Below are positions 1-8,978 of a stretch of 20,000 nt of DNA, piece after piece. A model generated the notes under the pieces. That model saw only the letters and a list, made by a program, of their open reading frames with translations. It had not been told where the DNA came from and did no database searches. Positions within the stretch are counted from its first letter, which is position 1. The number at the start of each line of letters is the position of its first letter. A program made the position numbers and the translations under genes. The stretch spans positions 59,023 through 79,022 of the forward strand of contig JACRCW010000153.1 of NCBI GenBank assembly GCA_016218805.1, read 5' to 3'. Source of the DNA: Deltaproteobacteria bacterium. Its GTDB lineage: Bacteria; Myxococcota; JACRCW01.

Positions 1-1133
1 CGGGCCTCGGCTTCGCGCAGTTCAAAACGCGTGCGGCGGCCCACCACCTCACGGCGGTGGCTGACAAAATGCGCCAGCAGGTCCTTGAGCGGCAGCACCC
101 GCGGCTGCCCGCCCACAATGGCCAGGTTGATGATGCCAAAGGTGGTCTGCAGCGGGGTGTGCTTGTAGATCTGGTTGAGCACCACCTCCGCCACGGCGTC
201 ACGCTTGAGGTCCACGGCAATGCGCATCCCGTCGCGGTCGGACTCGTCGCGCAGGTCAGACACACCCTCCAGCTTCTTCTCCCGCACCAGCTCCGCCATC
301 CGCTCCACCAGCTTGGACTTGTTCACCTGGTAGGGGATCTCGTCGATGATGATCTGCGTGCGCTTGGCATTCTCCTCAATGCGCGCTTTGCCGCGGACCT
401 TCAGCGTGCCGCGCCCGGTGGCGTAGGCTTCATAGGTGCCGGAGCGCCCGCAGATGAACCCGCCGGTGGGGAAGTCCGGGCCGGGAATGATCTTCAGCAG
501 CTCGTGCACGGTGATGTTGGGGTTGTCGATCATGGCGAGCACCGCGTTGATGCTCTCCACGAGATTGTGCGGCGGCATCTTGGTGGCCATGCCCACCGCA
601 ATGCCTTCTGAGCCGTTCACCAGCAGGTTGGGGAACTTGGAGGGCAGGACGGAGGGCTCCGTGGTGGTCTCGTCAAAGTTCGCGACGACGTCCACGGTTT
701 CCTTCTCAATGTCCGTCAGCAGTTCCTCGGCCAGCTTGGTCAGGCGGGATTCGGTGTACCGGTAGGCGGCGGCCGGGTCCCCGTCCACGGAGCCAAAGTT
801 CCCCTGCCCGTCAATGAGCGGGTAGCGGATGTTCCACTCCTGGGCGAGCCGCACCAGCGCGTCGTAGACGGAGGCGTCACCGTGCGGGTGGTACTTCTTG
901 AGCACCTCGCCCACCACGCCGGCGCACTTGCTGTACTTGCGGTTGCTGAGCAGGCCCTCGTCGTACATCGCGTACAGGATGCGGCGGTGGACCGGCTTGA
1001 GGCCGTCACGCACGTCGGGCAGCGCGCGCCCGATGATGACGGACATCGAGTAGTCCAGGTAGCTGCGCCGCATCTCGTCGTCCATGGGGACGGGCGTGGC
1101 GGGGCGCGGGGAGGTGTTGCTGGGCTCGGTCAT
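1..1133 (-). CDS. gyrA: DNA gyrase subunit A, N-terminal part (continues beyond left edge)
   Basis: Manual minus-strand translation from ATG at 1133 gives MTEPSN...[38 protein letters not shown]...[19 protein letters not shown]...[21 protein letters not shown], with the catalytic Tyr codon at 756-758. The frame is still open at position 1 (...[19 protein letters not shown]). ParC cannot be formally excluded without the C-terminal domain. Confidence 0.93.
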   Translation of the reverse strand, partial: MTEPSNTSPRPATPVPMDDEMRRSYLDYSMSVIIGRALPDVRDGLKPVHRRILYAMYDEGLLSNRKYSKCAGVVGEVLKKYHPHGDASVYDALVRLAQEWNIRYPLIDGQGNFGSVDGDPAAAYRYTESRLTKLAEELLTDIEKETVDVVANFDETTTEPSVLPSKFPNLLVNGSEGIAVGMATKMPPHNLVESINAVLAMIDNPNITVHELLKIIPGPDFPTGGFICGRSGTYEAYATGRGTLKVRGKARIEENAKRTQIIIDEIPYQVNKSKLVERMAELVREKKLEGVSDLRDESDRDGMRIAVDLKRDAVAEVVLNQIYKHTPLQTTFGIINLAIVGGQPRVLPLKDLLAHFVSHRREVVGRRTRFELREAEA

Positions 1134-1205
1134 GGCGTGGACGGTCGCGGTTGCCGGCGTGGTGGAGCTCCCGTTCCCGGCCGGCAGCGGGAGCAAGGGG
1201 TGGCC

Positions 1206-1234
1206 GTTGTAGGGGTGCGTCAGGACGGGGTCAA
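1206..1234 (-). promoter_or_regulatory. Putative sigma70-type promoter for gyrA
   Basis: Minus strand reads TTGACC (1234-1229), 17-nt spacer, TACAAC (1211-1206), about 70 nt upstream of the gyrA ATG. The -10 lacks the conserved final T. Confidence 0.45.
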
Positions 1235-1315
1235 CGGCGGCAACACCCGGCGGCGCCTTGCGCGCGGGGGCGGACGCCTGCAGGCTTGCCCGACGACAAC
1301 CCCCCGGGGAGCGGC

Positions 1316-1714
1316 ATGGCTGACAACGCACCGAACGAGCGCGCGATCAGGGTCTTTGTGCTGGAAGACGACCCCGACCTGGCAGAGATGCTCCGGCGGT
1401 GGTTTGCCGGCGCGGGGATGGAGTTTTCCCACTGCGCAGACGGCGAGGCCGCGTGGGAGTTGCTGCAGGGCGCCCCGCCCGACGTGGTGCTGGCGGACCT
1501 GATGGTGCCGGGCATCTCCGGCCAGGAGTTTGTGGCCAAGCTGCGCGCGCACCCCGCCACGTCCCACACCGCAGTGATTGTGATGAGCGCGTCCATCCTC
1601 AACGCGGCGCAGGGGGCGGAGATGAAGGACATCCTCCAGGCGGACCACGTGTTCAGCAAGCCGCTGTTGCTGCGTGACGTGCTGGCCAAGGTGCGGGAAC
1701 TGACGGCGCGCTGA
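1316..1714 (+). CDS. Single-domain response regulator (CheY-like receiver), 132 aa
   Basis: VFVLEDD acidic pocket, [14 protein letters not shown] (phosphoacceptor D), VIVMSA and FSKP motifs; no output domain. GGGGAG RBS precedes ATG 1316. Confidence 0.9.
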   Translation: MADNAPNERAIRVFVLEDDPDLAEMLRRWFAGAGMEFSHCADGEAAWELLQGAPPDVVLADLMVPGISGQEFVAKLRAHPATSHTAVIVMSASILNAAQGAEMKDILQADHVFSKPLLLRDVLAKVRELTAR

Positions 1715-1718
1715 GCGC

Positions 1719-3728
1719 CTACGCACGCACCCAGGGCCGCAGTTCGGCGCACGCGGCCACGCCTGCGCGCAGCACGGCCTCGCGCGTTCCCACCAGGCGG
1801 TCCAGGATGTGGTCCCAGCGCTGGCGGATGCCGCCGCTCTCCGTCGTGCGGTCACCGTAGAGGCGCCGCAGCCCCAGCGTCTCATCCGCCACCAGGGCCT
1901 GCATGCGCACCACCTCCGCCCACGCACACACCACAAACCCCTCCACGGCCTCCGCCAGTTCCGCGGCGGGGATGCCCGCGGTGCGCGCGCGCTCCAGGTG
2001 CACCGCCACGCGGTGCAGGCAGACGGGCAGCAGCCGCTCAATGGGGCTGCTCCAATCCGTGAAGCTCCCGGTGGTGTCCGCCAGCACCAGCCGTTCCGGC
2101 AGGCCGTCCGCTCCCAGCTGGATGACCTCATCACCGTCATCAAAGAAGAACCGGCCGCTGCGCAGGTCCCCGCGCCCCAGCACCAGGGAGGCCGCCGCGG
2201 CCACCCCCAGCACGCGCATCAGCCGCACCGCAAAACCCGGCCGCGCGTACAGCGCCGGGGCCAGCTTGTCCGTGGCCACGCCGGCCACGTAGGGGCGGTC
2301 AATGAAGAACACCGGGACGGGCGGCAGGCCCTCCACGCGCTCCTCTATGCGGATTTCGCGGTAGGTGGGGATGGGCAGGCGGAGCGCCTGCGCGCCGCGG
2401 ATGCGGTCCAGGATCCAGTCCCGGTACTGCACGGTCTCAGACACCGCCTGGCGGTGCGGCACGCCGCGCTTGAGCCGGTGGAACACGTCCCACTTGAGCA
2501 TGCGCACCACGCGGATGTCCTCGGTGCCGTCCTCACGCCCCAGCACCACCACCAACACCTCACGCTCCTGGCCGGACAGGTCCCGGCCCGTCTGCGCGGC
2601 CTCCACGCGGCCCACGTTGATGCTGCGCAGTGACCGGGTCCGCGCGCAGTAGTCCTCAATGAGGCCGCGCACGCGCGGCTCCGCGCGCGGGTCCATCTGC
2701 GGCTTGCCGTCATACAGCGCGGCCCCCGGGAGCCAGCGCACGTTCATGTGGAACTCGCGGGACAGGCCCAGCGCGGACTCCTCCAGGTGGTCCTCGCACA
2801 CGCCGTACAGCCGGCAGAACATGGTGGTGCGCCAGCCCACGTAGTCCCCGCCGTCCACCAACAGCTCCGGGCCCGCCGCCTCCGCAAACGCATGCGCCAA
2901 CGCGTCAAACGCGCGCTCAATGGCCACCTGGTCCGGCGGTCCCTCAGCGCCGTCCGTGATCAGTTCCAACAGGTCCATCAGGCCTTCGCGCGGGAGGTGG
3001 CGCCCGGCGGGGAGGAAGAAGGCCAGCTCGCGCGCGCCCTGGCGGTTCACCAGGCCGGTCAGCTCCAGGATCTCCATGAGGCGCCGGCACGCCTCGGAGC
3101 GGTTGCTGCGCAGGAGCGGACGGATGGCCATCAACTCCTGGTAGGTGAGGAAGCGCGCCCCGCTGTGCGCGTCCTGGTAGTACGTGGCGCCCGTCCCCAC
3201 GCGCGTGCGGCACCCCTCAATGAAGCGCGCCACCTCAGGGACACTGCGCGGCGGCGGGGACACGCGCCAACGCTCGCCGCGCCACCGCAGGCGCTGCCGC
3301 ACCCCCGGCAGGTGCACGCCGGTGAACTGGATGATGTCCCGGGGCAACAGCCGCTGCAGCATCTCATCCGCCCCCAGGATGCGGCCCATGTCCTCCGGGT
3401 CTGACCGGATGACCACGCGGCCGTCACGAACCAGCAGCGGTACCGCGTCCGCGTAGACGTCCTCGTCATCCGGCACCGGCTGGCCGGCGGCTTCCGCCTG
3501 CTGGCGCAGCCAGTCCGCCATCAGCACCGCCTGCACCGCGTGCAGCGAGCCCGACGTCACCACCGTGTTCCAGCGCGGAAAGGCGGAGGCCACCGTACAG
3601 CGCGCGCGCCCGTCCGGCGTTCGCTCCAGCAGGCCCGGCCCCAGGAACCTTACCGGCGGCGGGGCCGGCGTCTCCCCCGTCCCGCCGACGGCGGTGGGTG
3701 ACAGCGCGGAGCCCAGGTCCCTGGCCAT
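1719..3728 (-). CDS. Hypothetical protein, 669 aa; possible atypical kinase-like C-terminal domain
   Basis: Long ORF with protein-like composition filling the gap between two recognisable genes; no signal peptide or TM segment. The kinase-like assignment is inference (see findings). Confidence 0.8.
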   Translation of the reverse strand: MARDLGSALSPTAVGGTGETPAPPPVRFLGPGLLERTPDGRARCTVASAFPRWNTVVTSGSLHAVQAVLMADWLRQQAEAAGQPVPDDEDVYADAVPLLVRDGRVVIRSDPEDMGRILGADEMLQRLLPRDIIQFTGVHLPGVRQRLRWRGERWRVSPPPRSVPEVARFIEGCRTRVGTGATYYQDAHSGARFLTYQELMAIRPLLRSNRSEACRRLMEILELTGLVNRQGARELAFFLPAGRHLPREGLMDLLELITDGAEGPPDQVAIERAFDALAHAFAEAAGPELLVDGGDYVGWRTTMFCRLYGVCEDHLEESALGLSREFHMNVRWLPGAALYDGKPQMDPRAEPRVRGLIEDYCARTRSLRSINVGRVEAAQTGRDLSGQEREVLVVVLGREDGTEDIRVVRMLKWDVFHRLKRGVPHRQAVSETVQYRDWILDRIRGAQALRLPIPTYREIRIEERVEGLPPVPVFFIDRPYVAGVATDKLAPALYARPGFAVRLMRVLGVAAAASLVLGRGDLRSGRFFFDDGDEVIQLGADGLPERLVLADTTGSFTDWSSPIERLLPVCLHRVAVHLERARTAGIPAAELAEAVEGFVVCAWAEVVRMQALVADETLGLRRLYGDRTTESGGIRQRWDHILDRLVGTREAVLRAGVAACAELRPWVRA

Positions 3729-3898
3729 TTGGACGGGGCATGGGAGCAGCTTGCAGCAAGGGTTGCAAGCGGCACCGGCGTCGTGGACGGGGCGCTGCGC
3801 CCAGGCGTGGACGCCAGCGCAGGCGTGGACTGTCGTCGAGAACCTGGGGACCGCCGCGCTTGCGCCGCGGACCGCAAGGGGACCATCGTCGGCGCGTC

Positions 3899-4903
3899 AT
3901 GATCTGGGCGTGGCTGCTCGGCGGTGCGGTGCTCGTCGTGGCGACGGGCGGCCTGGTCCTGGCCTGGATGGTGCAGCCGCTGCCGTTCCGGCCACCGCCC
4001 CACGCGATCACGCCGGTGGACCAGGGGCGCCTGCGCGCCACCGTGCGGACGCTTTGCACCACTTACCACCCGCGCAGCCACCTCCACGTGGGCAACCTGT
4101 GGCGGATTGCGCATCACCTGCAGGCGCAGCTGGCCGCCGCGGGCTGCCGGGTGGAGGAGCAGCGTTACGGCGTGGACCGGCGTGACTACGTGAACGTGCG
4201 CGCGCACCTGGGTCCGCCGTCCGGGCGGCGCATTGTCGTGGGAGCGCACTACGACGCGTGCGGGGACACGCCGGGGGCGGATGACAACGCCAGCGGCGTG
4301 GCCGCACTGGTGGAACTGGCGGTGCTGCTGGGCAGCGGACCGCTGGCGTGCCACGTGGAGCTGGTGGCGTGGACGCTGGAAGAGCCGCCGCACTTTGGCA
4401 CGGAGATGATGGGCAGCCGGGTGCACGCGCGGCTGCTGGAAGAGGAGCACGCGCAGGTGAGCGCGGTGTTTGCACTGGACATGCTGGGGCGCTTTTCCGA
4501 CGAGGGGGATTCCCAGCGCTACCCGTTTGCCTGGATGCCGTGGGTGTACGGCCGCCGCGGGGACTTCATTGCCGTCGTCGGAGACCCGCGCATGACGGCG
4601 CTCACGCGGCGCACCAAGCGCGCCATGCGCTCGGCGGGCACGGTGCGCGTGCTGTCGGTGAATGCCTGGTCGTTTGGCGAAGGACTGGAAGACTCCGACC
4701 ACGCCAGCTACCGGCGGCACGGTATCCCTGCCGTGCTCCTGAGTGACGGCGCCATGTACCGCCACGGCGACTACCACGGCGCGGGCGACACGGCGGACAA
4801 GCTGGACTACCCGCGGCTGGGCGGCGTGGTGCAGGCGCTGCACGTTGCCGTGCTGCAGGAGGCACGCCGCGCGGCCGCCCTGGGTCCGGCCTCCACGACG
4901 TAA
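3899..4903 (+). CDS. M28 family metallopeptidase (YfbL-like) with N-terminal membrane anchor
   Basis: GAHYD, PGADDNASG, TLEEPP, LDMLG, SDH and YHGAGDT motifs. Hydrophobic N-terminus MIWAWLLGGAVLVV supports the start at ATG 3899. Confidence 0.9.
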   Translation: MIWAWLLGGAVLVVATGGLVLAWMVQPLPFRPPPHAITPVDQGRLRATVRTLCTTYHPRSHLHVGNLWRIAHHLQAQLAAAGCRVEEQRYGVDRRDYVNVRAHLGPPSGRRIVVGAHYDACGDTPGADDNASGVAALVELAVLLGSGPLACHVELVAWTLEEPPHFGTEMMGSRVHARLLEEEHAQVSAVFALDMLGRFSDEGDSQRYPFAWMPWVYGRRGDFIAVVGDPRMTALTRRTKRAMRSAGTVRVLSVNAWSFGEGLEDSDHASYRRHGIPAVLLSDGAMYRHGDYHGAGDTADKLDYPRLGGVVQALHVAVLQEARRAAALGPASTT

Positions 4904-4915
4904 CACCCGCGGGCA

Positions 4916-4943
4916 GGAACCGCCCCGGGCGGGCGTTGTCACA
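4916..4943 (+). promoter_or_regulatory. Possible ECF-sigma promoter upstream of the VIT-vWA gene
   Basis: GGAAC (4916-4920), 17 nt, GTCACA (4938-4943), 30 nt before ATG 4974. Resembles the RpoE-type GGAAC...GTC consensus. Confidence 0.3.
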
Positions 4944-4973
4944 TCCCTGAACCACCACGTTCCGGGGTGAACC

Positions 4974-7226
4974 ATGCGCCTGCTCCTGGTCCCGCTGTTG
5001 TTGCTGCACGCCTCCACCGCTGCCGGCCGTGACGTCTCCGCCGCACCGCGCCTGGTGCTGGATGGGACGGGAGCCGCGGTGGACGCGCTGCCGTTGAAGG
5101 AGCAGCGCGCGGACGTGGAGATTGCCGGGGTGGTGGCCCACGTGCGCCTCACGCAGGTGTACGAAAACACCGGCACGGCCGTCCTGAGCGCGGCCTACGT
5201 GTTCCCGGGAAGCACGCGCGCCGCGGTGCACGGGATGCGCATGACGGTGGGCACCCGCACACTCCGCGCGCAACTGCGCGAACGCGCCGCGGCGGAGCGT
5301 GAGTACGACGACGCGGTCCGGCGCGGGCGCACGGCGGGCCTGTTGCGGCAGGACCGTCCCAACGTGTTCCGGATGAACGTGGGCAACATCCTCCCGGCGG
5401 ACGTTGTCTCCGTGGAGCTGGAGTACTCCGAGCTGCTGGTCCCGGAGGAGCAGCAGTACGAGTTTGTCCTCCCCGCCGTGGTGGGCCCGCGGTACGCGGG
5501 AACTGAGGACGCGGACACCGTGGCGCAGCCCGCACATGACCCGGCCGCGCCCGCGCGGTGGGACGTGGCGCTGCGCATCAGCGCGGGTCTGCCGCTGGTG
5601 GACGTCATGAGTCCTTCGCACCGCGTGGGCGTGACGCGGACCGCGGAGGGACCGGCGGACGTTGTCCTGGACGCGTCCGACGACAACCCGGGCAACCGTG
5701 ATTTCATCCTGCGCTACCGGCTGGCGGGAGATGCCATTCACGCGGGCGCGGTGGTGCACCGGGATCCGGACGGCGGGGGCACGCTGCTGGCCATGGTGCA
5801 ACCGCCGGCGCGCTTGGAGAACGACGACATCCCGCCGCGCGAGTACGTGTTTGTGGTGGACGTCTCCGGCTCCATGCGGGGCCAGCCGCTGGCGGTGGCG
5901 CGTGACCTGCTGCGGCGCCTGGTGGACGGGCTGCGCCCGGTGGACCGCTTCAACGTGGTGCTGTTTGAGAGCACGCCGTACCTGATGTCCCCGCACAGTG
6001 TACCCGGGACCCGCGAGAACCTGGCCGCGGCACTGCAGGCCTTGGAGACCGGTGGCGGCGGGGGCGGGACGGAGATGCTGGCCGGACTGCGCGCCGCGCT
6101 GGGCATCCCCCGGACGCGCGGCATGTCGCGCTCGGTGGTGCTCATCACGGACGGGTTTGTGAACGTGGAGCACCAGACGTTCAAGCTGGTGCGGGACCAC
6201 CTGCGCGAAATGAACGTATTCGCGTTCGGCATCGGCTCATCCGTCAACCGCCACCTCATTGAAGGGATCGCCCGCGCGGGCCGGGGCGAGCCGTTCATCG
6301 TGGACAGCAGCGCCGCGACGACGGACGCGGCGGAGCGGTTCTGGCGCTACGTGAGCAGCCCGGTGCTGACGGAGGTGGACGTCGCATTCCGCGGCATTGA
6401 AGTGCGGGACGTGCTGCCCGCGCGCGTGCCGGACCTGTTCGCATCCCGGCCGTTGGTGTTGCTGGCCCATTACACCGGCCAACCGCGCGGCGAGATTGTG
6501 GTCACGGGACGGGGAGCAAAGGGCCGCGTGGAGTACCGCGTTCCCATCAGCGTCAGCGCCGGCACGCACCATCCCGTGCTGCCACGGCTGTGGGCGCGCC
6601 AACGCATCACGGATCTCACGGACGCCCAGGATCCCGGCAACGCCGCGCCCACGCGTGCGGCGGTCCTCCCCATTGCGCTGCAACACGGCGTCCTTTCCCA
6701 GTGGACGGCGTTTGTCGCCGTGGATGACCGCGGACGCACGGACGCGGCTCCCGTTGAGGTGAACCAACCCGCACCGGTGCCCGCGGGGATGAGCTGGCCC
6801 ATGGCGATGTCTTCCGGCGCGCTTGGCGTCCGTGGCCGCGGCGCAGGCGGGGGCGGGTGGGGCTACGGGTCCGGCGCTGGAGGGGTCGGCGTGCGCGGAG
6901 AGGTCTCCGCTGCCTCGCCCGTCGTCATGGGTTCTTTCGACCGCGAGTCGATCCGCCGCGTGTTCCAGGCGCGCACCGCGCAGTTCAAGGCCTGCTACGA
7001 GCGCGCCCTGGTCCGGAACCCCGGCCTGCAGGGGAAGCTCGTCGTCACGTTGCACATTGGGCCGGATGGCAAGGTGCGGCGTGTGGGGTTTGGCGTTGAC
7101 ACGGTGGGAGCGCCGGAAGTGAAGACGTGTGTGGAGCGCGTGGTCAAGGCGCTGCAGTTCCCCGTGGCGGACGGCGGCGGAGAGCTCACGGTCACCTACC
7201 CGCTGCTGTTCCGCGCTCCGCCGTAG
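4974..7226 (+). CDS. Secreted VIT + vWA domain protein with Gly-rich linker and AgmX/PglI (TonB_C-like) C-terminal domain, 750 aa
   Basis: Signal peptide; VIT motifs (VRLTQVYEN, YVFP, RPNVFRMNVGNI); vWA MIDAS DVSGSM plus GGTE, LITDG and FGIG; C-terminal IRRVF..FKACYERAL..NPGLQGKL..IGPDGKV..CV...LQFP...VTYPLLF. Confidence 0.88.
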   Translation: MRLLLVPLLLLHASTAAGRDVSAAPRLVLDGTGAAVDALPLKEQRADVEIAGVVAHVRLTQVYENTGTAVLSAAYVFPGSTRAAVHGMRMTVGTRTLRAQLRERAAAEREYDDAVRRGRTAGLLRQDRPNVFRMNVGNILPADVVSVELEYSELLVPEEQQYEFVLPAVVGPRYAGTEDADTVAQPAHDPAAPARWDVALRISAGLPLVDVMSPSHRVGVTRTAEGPADVVLDASDDNPGNRDFILRYRLAGDAIHAGAVVHRDPDGGGTLLAMVQPPARLENDDIPPREYVFVVDVSGSMRGQPLAVARDLLRRLVDGLRPVDRFNVVLFESTPYLMSPHSVPGTRENLAAALQALETGGGGGGTEMLAGLRAALGIPRTRGMSRSVVLITDGFVNVEHQTFKLVRDHLREMNVFAFGIGSSVNRHLIEGIARAGRGEPFIVDSSAATTDAAERFWRYVSSPVLTEVDVAFRGIEVRDVLPARVPDLFASRPLVLLAHYTGQPRGEIVVTGRGAKGRVEYRVPISVSAGTHHPVLPRLWARQRITDLTDAQDPGNAAPTRAAVLPIALQHGVLSQWTAFVAVDDRGRTDAAPVEVNQPAPVPAGMSWPMAMSSGALGVRGRGAGGGGWGYGSGAGGVGVRGEVSAASPVVMGSFDRESIRRVFQARTAQFKACYERALVRNPGLQGKLVVTLHIGPDGKVRRVGFGVDTVGAPEVKTCVERVVKALQFPVADGGGELTVTYPLLFRAPP

Positions 7227-7277
7227 CCGTCGCCATGCCGGCCCGCACCGTGCCAGGGTGCCTGCGGAGGTGAGCCC

Positions 7278-8444
7278 ATGGCGGTGCACATGGCGGACCG
7301 CATCCGTGACGTCGGCGTGACCATCTTCAGTGAAATGAGCGCGCTGGCTGCGAAGCACGGCGCGGTGAACCTGGGGCAGGGATTCCCGGACTTTCCCGGT
7401 CCGGCGCTGGTCAAGGACGCCGCCGCGCGGGCCATTGCGGCGGACCACAACCAGTACGCGCCCACCAACGGGCTGCCGGCCTTCCAGCAGGCGGCCGCTG
7501 CCGAGTGGGAACGGCGCTACGGCCGCGCGGTTGATCCCGCGCGCGAGGTGACGGTGACCAGCGGTGCGACGGAGGCGCTGCTGGTGGCGGTGCTGGCGTA
7601 CGTGCAGCCTGGTGACGAGGTCATCCTGCTGGAGCCCTACTACGACAGCTATCCCGTGCAGGTGCGCCTGGCCGGCGGCGTGCCGGTGTTTGTGCGGCTG
7701 GGAATGCCCGGCTTCACGCTGGACGTGGAGCGCATTGCCGCGGCCGTCACGCCGCGCACGCGCGCCATCATGCTCAACACCCCGGCCAATCCGTGCGGCC
7801 GGGTGTTCACTGAGCAGGAACTGCGCGCGCTGGCGGCGCTGGCGTGCCAACGTGACCTGCTGGTCATCTCCGACGAGGTGTACGACCGCCTGGTGTTCGC
7901 GCCGCACCGCCACCTCCCCATTGCCATGCTGCCGGGGATGTGGGACCGCACCATCACCATCCACAGCACGGGCAAGACGTTCTCGGTGACGGGATGGAAG
8001 ATTGGCTACGCGCTGGCGGCCCCACCGCTCACCGACGGGTTCCGCCGCGTGCATCAGTTCTGCACGTTCACCACGGCCACACCGTTGCAGGCGGGCATTG
8101 TGGAAGGCCTGCGCGCGGGGGCGGACTACGAGCGCGTGTTCCTGGCCGAATACGCAGCCCGGCGCGACCTGCTGGTGGACATTCTGCGGCGCGCCGGGTT
8201 TGGCGTGGACGCACCGGAGGGAACGTACTTTGTGATGGCGGATTACCGCGGGTTCCGGGGCATGAATGACCTGGCGTTCTGCCGCTGGCTCACCACGGAG
8301 GTGGGCGTGGCGGCCATCCCGCCGTCTGCGTTCTTCCATGACGGACATCCGTGCGGGATGGTCCGTTTCTGCTTTGCCAAGAAGGACGAGACGCTGCGCG
8401 CTGCGGGTGAGCGGTTTGCCGCGCGCCTGCCGCGTCTGGGCTGA
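7278..8444 (+). CDS. PLP-dependent class I/II aminotransferase (YbdL/DapC/kynurenine aminotransferase-like)
   Basis: NLGQGFPDF, VTSGATEAL, NTPANPCG, ISDEVY, STGKTFSVTGWKIGY (PLP Lys) and VRFCFAK motifs; GGAGGTGA RBS at 7266-7273. Confidence 0.93.
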   Translation: MAVHMADRIRDVGVTIFSEMSALAAKHGAVNLGQGFPDFPGPALVKDAAARAIAADHNQYAPTNGLPAFQQAAAAEWERRYGRAVDPAREVTVTSGATEALLVAVLAYVQPGDEVILLEPYYDSYPVQVRLAGGVPVFVRLGMPGFTLDVERIAAAVTPRTRAIMLNTPANPCGRVFTEQELRALAALACQRDLLVISDEVYDRLVFAPHRHLPIAMLPGMWDRTITIHSTGKTFSVTGWKIGYALAAPPLTDGFRRVHQFCTFTTATPLQAGIVEGLRAGADYERVFLAEYAARRDLLVDILRRAGFGVDAPEGTYFVMADYRGFRGMNDLAFCRWLTTEVGVAAIPPSAFFHDGHPCGMVRFCFAKKDETLRAAGERFAARLPRLG

Positions 8445-8447
8445 GCG

Positions 8448-8978
8448 TCAGCGCGGCGCCAACGCCGCCACGGCGTCCAGGTACACGGCCGCTTCCTGCG
8501 CGTCGCCACCCATCAACAGCGCCGCAAACCGTTCCAGCGGCGAGTCATGCTGCGTGCGCAGGTGCAGCAGCACGCGCGTTCCCGGCGGCGCATCCACCAG
8601 CGTCACGCTGCGCTCAGCCACCCGCTCCCCGGCTGGCGTCCGCAACTCCACCACCAGCCGCTGCGGCGCCTCCGCAACGGTGGTCTTCGTCCACCACGTC
8701 AGGCCGCGTTCATCCCGCTCAATAAAGGTCCCGTCCGGCCCCGCGGTGACCTCGCGGATATCACGGCGCCAGGCGGCCTGGGTGGCGCCGGCGGCCAGCG
8801 TGCGGAACAGAGCGTCCCGCGGGAGCGCCACGGTGGTCTCCGCCTTCACAACGGATTCCGCCGGCAAGGCCGTACCCGCCAGCCAGCACAGCGCCAGCGT
8901 CCCGCCCAGGACGCCCACCAGCGCCACGGCAAACCGCCCAACGCGCGCCACCCTTCCCCCGCGCAACAGCCGCGTCAC
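8448..8978 (-). CDS. SRPBCC/START-like protein with N-terminal TM segment
   Basis: Hydrophobic N-terminal helix, then LPRDALFRTL...QAAWRRDIREV...EAPQRLVVE, as in polyketide cyclase/SRPBCC folds. GTG start overlaps the upstream TGA (GTGA, 8978-8975). Confidence 0.6.
   Translation of the reverse strand: MTRLLRGGRVARVGRFAVALVGVLGGTLALCWLAGTALPAESVVKAETTVALPRDALFRTLAAGATQAAWRRDIREVTAGPDGTFIERDERGLTWWTKTTVAEAPQRLVVELRTPAGERVAERSVTLVDAPPGTRVLLHLRTQHDSPLERFAALLMGGDAQEAAVYLDAVAALAPR

Noticed and set aside
57..1502. Plus-strand ORFs 57-611, 436-765 and 882-1502
   Set aside because: Shadow ORFs antisense to gyrA, which the track missed because its stop lies outside the window.
7240..7256. TGGCAC...GC (GG-N10-GC) sigma54-like motif on the minus strand
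   Set aside because: Lacks TTGC at -12 and points antisense into the VIT-vWA gene.
3650..8348. Long minus-strand ORFs (508, 532 and 703 aa)
   Set aside because: Antisense to well-supported genes, Arg/His-rich and motif-free; expected in high-GC DNA.
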